Origin: an uncultured Rikenellaceae bacterium
GTDB taxonomy: Bacteria; Bacteroidota; Bacteroidia; Bacteroidales; VadinHA17
Reading direction: 5' to 3'
NCBI GenBank assembly: GCA_964466705.1
Contig: CAYXSM010000014.1
Location: forward strand, 28,028-92,027
DNA length: 64,000 nt
Under the pieces are notes generated by a model. The model searched no databases, was not told where the DNA came from, and saw only the letters and a list, made by a program, of their open reading frames with translations. The translations under genes and the position numbers were made by a program. Shown in pieces: positions 31,258 to 39,971 of this stretch (the first letter of the stretch is position 1; every line of letters starts with the position of its first letter).

Positions 31258-31300
31258 ATATAGTAATCATTAAAAATAAGTTAACCATCTTATCTGCGAA

Positions 31301-31780
31301 ATGAAAACGACTCTGATGTTCTTATTTGCTTTTTCTGTTTTAACAGGATGCAACCGCACACCGGTTATTGATATCCGCACTGAAACAGAGACGATTAGAA
31401 ATATCGAAGACCAATGGACCGCTGCCATCGTTGCAAAAGACATTGACAAAATCATGGGAATTTTTGCTGACGAGGCAGTAGCTATGAATCCAAATACCCC
31501 AGCCTGTACAGGGGCTCAGGCTATCCGTGAATCCCAGGAATCCTGGTTTGCTGATACAACAAGTCTCCATGAAACATTTAAATCAGACATTGACACTATT
31601 GAAGTCTCAGCTTCCGGAGATCTGGCCTATGTGAGAGGTAACTCACGATTGAGTATCAGTACACCTAAAGGTATTGTTGAAGAAACAGATAAGTGGGTTA
31701 CGATATTCAGAAAGGTAAACGGTGAGTGGAAAGCCATCGTTGATATCTGGAACAGTGATATGCCGGGATTAAAAGAATAA
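31301..31780 (+). CDS. NTF2-like (DUF4440/SnoaL-type) lipoprotein
   Basis: 159 aa. Lipobox VLTGCN. IEDQWTAAIVAKDIDKIMGIFADEAV is typical of DUF4440. Confidence 0.75.
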   Translation: MKTTLMFLFAFSVLTGCNRTPVIDIRTETETIRNIEDQWTAAIVAKDIDKIMGIFADEAVAMNPNTPACTGAQAIRESQESWFADTTSLHETFKSDIDTIEVSASGDLAYVRGNSRLSISTPKGIVEETDKWVTIFRKVNGEWKAIVDIWNSDMPGLKE

Positions 31781-31992
31781 ACAGATGCAGCCATTGCCAA
31801 AAATTGATGCCATGCGATACCGATATCTGGTATCATTGCAAACCGGCGCCGCAAATTCCTGTTTACAACTAAGAAATATATTAGGTGTAAAATACAATTG
31901 TACTTTCTGTTTTTAATGATGTAGTACCGTTTAATGTGTTTCAATTTACATCAAATGCTGTTCGACAATCGCATCAGAAAAAGGAGGGATAA

Positions 31993-32517
31993 ATGAAGAA
32001 TCAAATGTTGCTCATTCCCCTGGTCTTCCTGCTTTGCTTCTCTGCCTGTCAGAAGCAGGATAAAAAAGCAGCTACGGAAACAGGGGTAAATGTTGAAGCT
32101 GATGTTGCCGCCGTCAAAGCGTTATTTGATGAATGGGCTCAAATTTATAATAAGGGCGATTTTGAAAGGCTTATGTCCATCTATTACGCAGAGAATGCCA
32201 TAATGATGCCGCCAAATGAGCCTGTTTGCAAAGGAAAAGACGCTATTCTTCTTTGGTATCAAAAGGCAGGCGAGTTGATCGAGGATCATGTGGATAGCTC
32301 TGTAGTTGAAGATATGCGTGTTTCTGGGAACCTGGCCGCAGTATGCGCAATAGATATGGATACTCGTACTCCGAGAGGTGGAGGAGAGGCAGTCAGGTAT
32401 AGCGTGAAATCTCTGACGGTATTTGAGCGTCAGCCCGAGGGTACCTGGAAATGCCTTTACGAGATATGGAACGACAACCCACTTCCAGGAACTCCAGAAA
32501 AGGAGCAGCAGGACTAA
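31993..32517 (+). CDS. NTF2-like (DUF4440/SnoaL-type) lipoprotein, paralog
   Basis: 174 aa. Lipobox CFSACQ. VKALFDEWAQIYNKGDFERLMSIYYAENAIMMPPN. Confidence 0.75.
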   Translation: MKNQMLLIPLVFLLCFSACQKQDKKAATETGVNVEADVAAVKALFDEWAQIYNKGDFERLMSIYYAENAIMMPPNEPVCKGKDAILLWYQKAGELIEDHVDSSVVEDMRVSGNLAAVCAIDMDTRTPRGGGEAVRYSVKSLTVFERQPEGTWKCLYEIWNDNPLPGTPEKEQQD

Positions 32518-33129
32518 GTGACAGCCATTGCCATTTCATTCAGGAATCTGCATCCGGACGGCACGCTGATTACAGTTGTCGTTGATCAGGAAGGATCGGG
32601 TAAAGTTTACTCTGAAGCGTCTACTGAACGTGAGAAGGCTTATGTACAGGCATTCATCAAACTGAGAAGCCTGGCAACTAACCTTTACAGAACCGAAGAA
32701 GTCCGGAAAGCATACCTGGAATTATTTAATCCTGACTTTCTTGATCGTATTGCCGACAGGTTGGATTTCGACCTGAGCAGGAACAAGCGGGTAAACCTGC
32801 TTTCGGAGAAATTCGCCCCCGGGGATCTGCCGCTTCTCCTGGAGTATATTCACCACAATATGACCTATGTTCTGAACCTGGAACCATTCTTTACAAAGAC
32901 ATACAGTGCTTATGGTTCTGAGGATGACACAAAAAACTACGATCCCTCTCCCGGTAAAAACGGGCTTTTCAGGATGACCGGCGGTAAAAGCAACGGGCAG
33001 GCAGTCAGGGTGAATTTTTCGGAAAAGAATGGCCAGATGGCTTTGCTCACCACCTGGCTGATTGAGGGAAAAATCAACAGCTTCAGACAACTGGCATCTA
33101 AAAAGGGAATTAAATTGTCAGACTTATGA
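32518..33129 (+). CDS. Hypothetical protein, GTG start abutting the upstream stop
   Basis: 203-aa ORF. TAA (32515-32517) is followed directly by GTG (32518). No internal ATG for more than 100 codons. No signal peptide and no recognised motif. Confidence 0.5.
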   Translation: MTAIAISFRNLHPDGTLITVVVDQEGSGKVYSEASTEREKAYVQAFIKLRSLATNLYRTEEVRKAYLELFNPDFLDRIADRLDFDLSRNKRVNLLSEKFAPGDLPLLLEYIHHNMTYVLNLEPFFTKTYSAYGSEDDTKNYDPSPGKNGLFRMTGGKSNGQAVRVNFSEKNGQMALLTTWLIEGKINSFRQLASKKGIKLSDL

Positions 33130-33212
33130 AATATCCTCTGACCATTCATAAAATAAATAACCACTTTATGATTCCCGGGCGAAACCCACTGGATAACTTG
33201 TCGACTATGCAA

Positions 33213-33533
33213 TTATGTATCCCGGTTTACAAAAGCCGGGTTGGCTGGGCTCATCTGACCGCTCAGATTTACCGGTAAACAATCAGCCTGTGTTGCAGAA
33301 TTAAACTTAATGTCTCCCTCTGTGTAGTATGAATTCGTAGTAACCCGTGGTGAAATTTTCAATATATCTCTTGCATTAAGTGTGCCGCTGATCCTGACAA
33401 GGCAGTTATCAAATTTTCCACAGATCAGGGGAACAACGGTTCCATTGAAAATCTTATGGATCATAAGCCTGGTACTGACATTATGCCATGTGATTCTGTA
33501 ACCGGAGAGATGTCCTGTAAAAATAAACCTCAT
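33213..33533 (-). CDS. Hypothetical small protein
   Basis: 106-aa ORF, beta-rich, no recognised motif. Divergent from the SelA-like gene. Confidence 0.35.
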   Translation of the reverse strand: MRFIFTGHLSGYRITWHNVSTRLMIHKIFNGTVVPLICGKFDNCLVRISGTLNARDILKISPRVTTNSYYTEGDIKFNSATQADCLPVNLSGQMSPANPAFVNRDT

Positions 33534-33717
33534 AAATCTTTCAGATCGACAGGCATCTGAATTTCCGTGAATCTCTGATTAACAAAAATATCAGAAGACA
33601 TAATCTGTTATTTACCGGACGCTGCTGAAAGGGCATTAAGATGTTTTAACAATCATTGTGATTTCATCAAGGCTCATTTTGTTATTTTTGTTCGTTAACC
33701 CATTAACAATTCAAACA

Positions 33718-35394
33718 ATGAAACGGAGAGAAATCATAAAAACCTTATCAGCAATTCCTGTAGCAGGCGGTTTAATGTCGATTGAATCTGTTGTAGCATC
33801 AGGTACACAGAAAAAGCCCGGAAAGGACGCAGGTCTTTTATCCAATCCCGGAAAGGGAGCTTTGGCTCTCGGGCCGCAGATATATCAGTCGATAGGTGTA
33901 GAGCCTGTAATAAACTGCAAGGGAACCTTCACAGCCATAGGTGGTTCTATAGAACTGCCGGAAGTCCGTAAAGCTGTTGATGATGCAGCCCTGAATTATG
34001 TCTATATCGACGAACTGGCAATGGCAGTGGGTAAGAGACTGGCCGGGATCACCGGAGCAGAGTGGGGGATGGTTTCCTCAGGCTGTGCCGCAGGGATGAA
34101 ACATGTTACTGTAGCCTGCATTACCGATGGTGATCCGGAAAAGCTTGTAAGGGTTCCTGATCTTACCGGGTTTACCAAGACAGAAGTGATAGCTCCCCGT
34201 TATTCAAGGAACCAGTATGACCATGCAATAAGAAATGCCGGAGTAAAACTCATCACTGTTGATACCATGGAAGAGCTTAAAAACTCTATTAGCTCCCGTA
34301 CGGCAATGATCTATCTTTTCTCTGCTCCACAGGCTTATTATAATGGACCGTTGTCGATAGATAAAGTTGCTGCCGTTGCAAGGGAGAGAAACATACCTAT
34401 ACTCGTTGATGCAGCTGCTGAGGTTCTTACCGTTCCAAATATCCATCTGGACCTCGGTGCTACCATAGTGGCATACAGCGGAGGAAAGGCAATTAGAGGT
34501 CCACAGTGTGCCGGGCTGCTTCTCGGTAAGAAAGACCTTCTTTTCTCAGCATGGCAGGCCAGTTCACCTCATCACGGTCCGGGAAGGGACAACAAGGTTG
34601 GCAAGGAAGAGCATATTGGCATGCTTGCGGCTGTTGAAGCATGGGTCAGGCGCAATCATCCCGAAGAGGAAAAGACGTGGATTTCCTGGCTGGAGCACAT
34701 ATCAAAGAAAGTGACCTCGGTCAGCGGGGTTACAACAAAGATTACAGAACCGCAGGGTGTTGATAACCGCAGTGCCCGCCTGGCAATTGCATGGGATCCG
34801 GAAGCACTCAATATCACCGGTGAAGAAGTTGTGGAAGACCTTAATGTCAATAAGCCCAGGATAGTACTTGCCGGAGGACGTACCAATCCGCGGGAAGGCA
34901 CCACCTCGATCTACATAAGTTCCCACATGATGCAACCCGGGGATGAAAAGATTGTTGCCGACAGGATCTACAATCTTCTGGCCCGGAAACGCGAAAGGAA
35001 AAACGTTGTTGTTGAAGCGCCTGCAGCCAATCTTACAGGAAACTGGAACGTATCTGTTGAATACTATTCAGGTAAGGGGGAACATAAACTCTTTCTCACG
35101 AAGCAGGACGGCAATAACGTAACAGGTACTCATAAAAGCACTTTCTCAATGCTGGATATGGCAGGAAGAATTGAAGGGGATAAGGTCAGGCTTCAGAGCA
35201 ACTACCGGGAAAATGCTGAATCGGTTCCTTTTACTTTTGACGGGACCCTGAATGGTGATACTTTCTCGGGCGTATTGTATCTGGGAGAATACCGTTCCGC
35301 CAATTTCATCGCAAAAAGGGAAGAACAGAACCGAAGAACTGTTAATAATATAACAGTACCTTCTTACGGAGGTAAGAAAAGTGATTCATGGTAG
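33718..35394 (+). CDS. SelA-like PLP-dependent enzyme with Tat-type signal and an extra C-terminal domain
   Basis: Start moved to ATG 33718 (MKRREIIKTLSAIPVAGGLMSIESVVA). VAYSGGKAIRGPQCAGLLLGKKDLL matches the SelA/DgaE PLP-lysine region. About 130 extra C-terminal residues (NLTGNWNVSVEYYSG..FTFDGTLNGDTFSG). Confidence 0.75.
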   Translation: MKRREIIKTLSAIPVAGGLMSIESVVASGTQKKPGKDAGLLSNPGKGALALGPQIYQSIGVEPVINCKGTFTAIGGSIELPEVRKAVDDAALNYVYIDELAMAVGKRLAGITGAEWGMVSSGCAAGMKHVTVACITDGDPEKLVRVPDLTGFTKTEVIAPRYSRNQYDHAIRNAGVKLITVDTMEELKNSISSRTAMIYLFSAPQAYYNGPLSIDKVAAVARERNIPILVDAAAEVLTVPNIHLDLGATIVAYSGGKAIRGPQCAGLLLGKKDLLFSAWQASSPHHGPGRDNKVGKEEHIGMLAAVEAWVRRNHPEEEKTWISWLEHISKKVTSVSGVTTKITEPQGVDNRSARLAIAWDPEALNITGEEVVEDLNVNKPRIVLAGGRTNPREGTTSIYISSHMMQPGDEKIVADRIYNLLARKRERKNVVVEAPAANLTGNWNVSVEYYSGKGEHKLFLTKQDGNNVTGTHKSTFSMLDMAGRIEGDKVRLQSNYRENAESVPFTFDGTLNGDTFSGVLYLGEYRSANFIAKREEQNRRTVNNITVPSYGGKKSDSW

Positions 35395-35436
35395 AAATGA
35401 CCATATCAGTCTTGTAGCCTGTTAAATGTTCATACC

Positions 35437-35538
35437 GTTGTAAAAGGCACAGACCATATTGAATTACTGATGTTCAAAACCATTGTTTTTTAGCGTATCG
35501 GGCGGGCCATATGTTAAATCAAGTCCGGCGTGAAGTGG
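35437..35538 (+). repeat. Intergenic repeat, family B copy O (degenerate)
   Basis: GTTGTAAAAGGCACAGACCAT..GATGTTCAAAACC..CAAGTCCGGCGTGAAGTGG. Starts 43 nt after the SelA-like stop. Confidence 0.5.
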
Positions 35539-35880
35539 AAATTGTCGCTGGCTATTGCACATATATAAACAACAAATACCGAAATCCAATATATATCACA
35601 GTCGATAAACGTGAAATATGAATTGCCGGAGATGAGTAAATGTTTATGGAACCTTTTAGTCAGAAGATACCAATCCGGATGGTTTATCATCTCGTGAATG
35701 ATAATAATACCTGGCTGGTTGATTTTCCGAGTACCGGTTTTGTTCCGGACAATCAGGATTTAGAAAAACTCAATAAAGCGGTGGAGTAAAATTGATACTT
35801 GTTATTTTCGGCGTATTTCTGGCTGGTAAATGTAAATTTAGCGGTTCAATAATTAATTATACCGTATCTCCTTACTTTAC

Positions 35881-36936
35881 TCAGTAGGTATTTAGTTTAT
35901 CACGGACCGCTTCATTAACTGCGTTTAACAATGATTTTCTGCCGGTAGCGTCATAACTGAGTTCCCATATCATAATCCCTGCAGCTTCCTTTTTCGCCAG
36001 TTTCGTTTTGTTCTTAATAGAAGGTATCCCGTTATAGTACATGATATAACCATTGGGAAGGTGCCAATGGTCTACCCACTCGGCCCCTGCATACGTCGAA
36101 ACAATATCATTATATTTCATATAGGCAATAACAGGATCGGATAATCCCGGACCAAATCCGCGCCCGTAAAAGGGCACGCCCAGAATCAGCTTTTCCTTTG
36201 GTACCATGAGGTTAAATCGATAATGATCCAGATCGTCCATCGCATCTACGTAAGTAGAATGATGGCCGGGGCGATCGGGTCTGCTCTGGCCGGTATGGTC
36301 GTACGACATGATATGGATAAGATCGAATTGGGACAGCACTTCTTGTGTTACCACATCGGCGGGACGACTGGGCAACGCTACTGTAATCAGCTTTTTGTGT
36401 GATCTCAAAGCCTTTGCCAGTTCTATTATAAAAATCCCGTAATTGGGATCTGTCCCAGGTATGGCAGGATTTTCCCTCGGGAAAGAGCGTGATATTGCCA
36501 TGCCGTTTGGCCCAAAAACATAACCCAGTTCCAGATCCACATCCACTCCGTCCACATCATATTGAAGTACATTCGACACCAGGTTATTAATAAGCCCCTG
36601 TCTTGTCTTGTTTTGTTTTAACAGCTCATGGTATTCCGGTGGACTAGCTCCTCCTCCAATGGAATAAAGAACCTTTACACCATGGCTATGCGCCGCTTTT
36701 ATAAAAGGGATCAGGGCATCAAAGTTCCGGTTAAAATTCCCTGAAACGTCAGGATTGACAAAGGCAAGATTTATGTGGGTAAGCTTATCGAACGGAAACC
36801 GGGAAGTGTCCGCTTCCATTGCCGCTTTAATACCATAATATCCGACAATCTTAAAATCCGGTTCAGAATTCCGGGCATTTGTTTTTAAAGAGATAAAACA
36901 TAAGGACACAATTATCAGTAAGAACTTGGCTCTCAT
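35881..36936 (-). CDS. Glycoside hydrolase family 18 (chitinase/endo-beta-N-acetylglucosaminidase-like), secreted
   Basis: 351 aa with a signal peptide. YDVDGVDVDLE matches the GH18 DxxDxDxE motif; also SIGGG. Confidence 0.85.
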   Translation of the reverse strand: MRAKFLLIIVSLCFISLKTNARNSEPDFKIVGYYGIKAAMEADTSRFPFDKLTHINLAFVNPDVSGNFNRNFDALIPFIKAAHSHGVKVLYSIGGGASPPEYHELLKQNKTRQGLINNLVSNVLQYDVDGVDVDLELGYVFGPNGMAISRSFPRENPAIPGTDPNYGIFIIELAKALRSHKKLITVALPSRPADVVTQEVLSQFDLIHIMSYDHTGQSRPDRPGHHSTYVDAMDDLDHYRFNLMVPKEKLILGVPFYGRGFGPGLSDPVIAYMKYNDIVSTYAGAEWVDHWHLPNGYIMYYNGIPSIKNKTKLAKKEAAGIMIWELSYDATGRKSLLNAVNEAVRDKLNTY

Positions 36937-37073
36937 GGCAGTTAATTTTTATAGATTGAACAAATATATGGTTTGATTTTCGAAAAGCTGAATTTACCCC
37001 GTACAAAACTGCTCCGGATAGCTATTCAGTGGCTTAGATTTATTTGACTTCGGTCTTCCGAAGGTGTTGAAAA

Positions 37074-37202
37074 TCCGATGAGTCTGACACCAATCACCGG
37101 TAAAAATTGACCAGTCAAAGCAGGAGTTAATATCATGAGCTATGGATTAACAATATTAAAAAATTAATCTTTCCGTCATAATATGGTCACGTCAACCGGC
37201 TT
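37074..37202 (+). repeat. Intergenic palindromic repeat, family A copy C
   Basis: TCCGATGAGTCTGACACCAATCACCGGTAAAAATTGACCAG..ATCATGAGCTATGG..CCGTCATAATATGGTCACGTCAACCGGCTT. Confidence 0.75.
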
Positions 37203-37242
37203 ATGAACGTCATTTTCAATGCCACTTTATACGTTATTGGTT

Positions 37243-39169
37243 TCATGGTTTCAAACCCGCCCTGTAATCATCATATGCCTTTTGTCCTGTCCTTTTATAA
37301 AGATCCCAATAACGATCATCATTTCGGATATTCTTAAACCCGGGATCAACCTTGAGCCAGGGTATCTCCGGGCAGCGGTTGGTGTATGCCTTCTCAAGCC
37401 AGTAAAAGGCAGAATCAATCTCCCCGATCGCGCTGTAATACCAGCCAGTATAAAATTCCGGACTTCCGGCTAACGAAATATCACTTATTTCAATTAACTG
37501 ATCAATAATTGCCTGAGCTTTGGGATGATCGTTGGTTTTATAATATGCCAGGGCCAGATAAGCCTGGTATTTTGGTCTCAGGATGGATCAATTTTTCTTT
37601 TGTACAGCAGCTTCAAAAATTGATTTGCGATTTCATAGTCTTCCAGCCATAAAAAGTACTACCCTGCCCCGAGTCCCCATTTTTGTGCGATTGAAAATAT
37701 GTATTCAGATAATTATGTGCCTCATCCTTTTTGTCTGGTAATAAGAAGGATAACATTTCTATTTTTATTGGATCATCTTCAGACTTTACTTTATATGCCC
37801 GGGCATCAGCAAGTCTGTTTCTTCTTTGAAGGAACTCACTATAATATCTCATGAATGCCTGACTATTGGGAGTAAGTTGAATAGCTTTCAATAATTCCTC
37901 TACGGCCCTGAAATAATCCCATTTTACAAATTCATAATACCCTGCAAGTCCGCAATGGGCACTTGGATTATTGGGGTAAATTTCAACTGCTTTATCCCAT
38001 AATTTTGTGGTATCCCCAATAATTGTCTGCATTGCAACATCTCCTATAAGGCTTCCTTTTAACATAAGCATATTCCCTGCCAAAGCGTATGCATCCGCAT
38101 AACCAGGGTCTAAATCGATGGCTCTCAGACTTAAATCAGATAATTGATCGTATGATTCGTAGGTTCTTGTATTAAGTTGATTATGCTCCTGTTGTATAAG
38201 CTGGTATGCTTCATGGCTGGTAGTAGGTATTCTTTTTATATTCTGGCCATTCAAATTTGTCTTCAAATGATCTGCAACCTGTATTGCTATGTCTGCCGGT
38301 ATTGTAATTATTCTCTTATATGGTTGATCAAATCCGTTCTGCCATAATATCTTGTCTTTATATGGATCAATCAGGTGAGCTGTTATCCTGACTATCTCTC
38401 CGGTAATATTGAAATTACCTGATATGATATAATTCACTTTCAGTTCACCGGCAATTTTTGATGGTGTTTTGTCAGTTCCCCTATACGGCAATACAGATTC
38501 TATCGGGACCACCCTGTCGAAGGACTTTATTTTATAAAGATTTCCGATTATCTCATTTGTCAGACCATTACACATATATTCCTGCGAAGAAACACTGCTG
38601 TAATTCTGAAAAATCAGAACTGCAATGGTTTTTTCAGTGTCTCCTTCATTTCTTATCAGTTTCGGAATAAAAAAGAAGCCGAATATGATTAATGCCAGTA
38701 ATATTAATGAACCCGTAATAATTTTTGTTTTGCCTGTTTTAGAAGGAATCGAAGCCGGTTTGAAAATATCCTTTGCAACTTTCACAGGTTCATGTTCATA
38801 ATTCTCCAGGGCTGTAATTACATCTCTGACGGCATTGGCTGTTTTATTAATTTGGTTCCTGTATTTTGTTCGGTTCAGGTTTATCTTTTCATCACCATCA
38901 GGCTTAAGGGGTCTGTTAGCTCCGGGTTCCCTGTAAATAAACTCAATCCTGCGAATCACTATATCAAGGACTGACTCAAACAGCAGCCTGATATCATTTT
39001 CATCAAGGTCGTAAATGCGGACCGGCAACACCCTCCTTGCAACATTCCCATTGGGAAGTTTCACCTTCAACCCGAACTGGTCATTTGAAGCAGGTACAAT
39101 AACAACAGCCTTATTTCTTTTCCTGTTTTGAGAGGGTTTTAGAAGGCAAAAATGATAATTGTGTGACAA
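37243..39169 (-). pseudogene. Decayed signalling-type protein: truncated N-domain, TM, TolB-N-like domain, TPR
   Basis: The 518-aa ORF (37613-39169) has a TM segment (IITGSLILLALIIFGFFFIP), TIAVLIFQNYS..GLTNEIIGNL (TolB-N/FlgO-like) and TPR repeats. The reading frame then breaks: YFLWLEDYEIANQFLKLLYKRKIDP is in a second frame after a TAG. LRPKYQAYLALAYYKTNDHPKAQ..YWLEKAYTNRCPEIPWLKVDPGF is in a third frame, ending at the stop at 37243-37245. Confidence 0.65.
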
Positions 39170-39287
39170 TCAAAGTATAATCTGATTCTGTAATGTATAT
39201 TCGAGTGTCTTATTCTGTTTATTAAGATTTTAAAACACGGAAATTCAGAATTTGTCCCCGGAATTTAAGCTCTGAAAGAGCGAACAC

Positions 39288-39317
39288 ATGAATAACCCCC
39301 GGCGCACCAGCCGGGGG
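39288..39317. repeat. REP hairpin, left
   Basis: ATGAATAA-CCCCCGGC-GCACCA-GCCGGGGG, preceded by hairpin GCTCT-GAA-AGAGC (39269-39281). Confidence 0.8.
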
Positions 39318-39384
39318 TAGAGCATCCAAAAACCTGACAGCTCTGAAGAGCCTGTCCCGCTCTGCGGGAAGCGTAATGTGATTA

Positions 39385-39831
39385 TCAGGGGAAGTATCGG
39401 TTATCGATCTCAATGCCTGCCTCTTCAATCAATCTTCTGTACTCATCCTCGAATGACTCCTTGCTATGATGGATCTGCTGATTTTTTATATACGCTATCA
39501 GCCTTTCCAGGTCTCCAAATGAACAGGTGAGACTGGCATATCCCTCTGCCCATCCCTCAAAACCGGGAAATAATCCGCATTTCTTGATCCAGAGTGAGGA
39601 ATAGACCTTTATATCTTTTACAAAATCAGCAGGGGCTATTGAAGGATGTATATCGGTGAGAATATGGATATGATTTTGTACACCGTTGATCCTGTAAAGG
39701 AAACTGTTTTTATTTTTAATAATACCGGTTATGTATGCAAAAAGCTCATCTGAATATTCCTGTTTAATAGCAGGAAGATTATTCTTGGTCCTCGTTACAA
39801 TGTGGTAAAGATGCTGGCGATAACTTGACAT
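39385..39831 (-). CDS. IS200/IS605-family Y1 (HUH) transposase / REP-associated tyrosine transposase
   Basis: Start moved to M25 (MSSYRQHLYHIVTRTKNNLP). HUH motif NHIHIL. Catalytic-Tyr helix LIAYIKNQ. About 149 aa. Confidence 0.85.
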   Translation of the reverse strand: MSSYRQHLYHIVTRTKNNLPAIKQEYSDELFAYITGIIKNKNSFLYRINGVQNHIHILTDIHPSIAPADFVKDIKVYSSLWIKKCGLFPGFEGWAEGYASLTCSFGDLERLIAYIKNQQIHHSKESFEDEYRRLIEEAGIEIDNRYFP

Positions 39832-39943
39832 TAGCACGGATTTTAAGGGTAATACAGCAAGATTTATACTAAGGTAGCAAACAATAACCAATAAATAACA
39901 CATATTACGCCCTTTCAGGGCTTAAGAACAGCTAGCCTTCTGC

Positions 39944-39971
39944 CCCCCGGCTGGCGCCGGGGGTTATTCAT
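39944..39971. repeat. REP hairpin, right (inverted copy)
   Basis: CCCCCGGC-TGGC-GCCGGGGG-TTATTCAT is the reverse complement of the left REP except for a 2-nt loop indel. Followed by hairpin GCCAC-ATTC-GTGGC (39977-39990). Confidence 0.8.

Noticed and set aside
39222-39428. 68-aa minus-strand ORF, and 39991-40203
   Set aside because: They run across the REP hairpins and flanks of the RAYT unit and the SDR 3' end. They have no coding texture.
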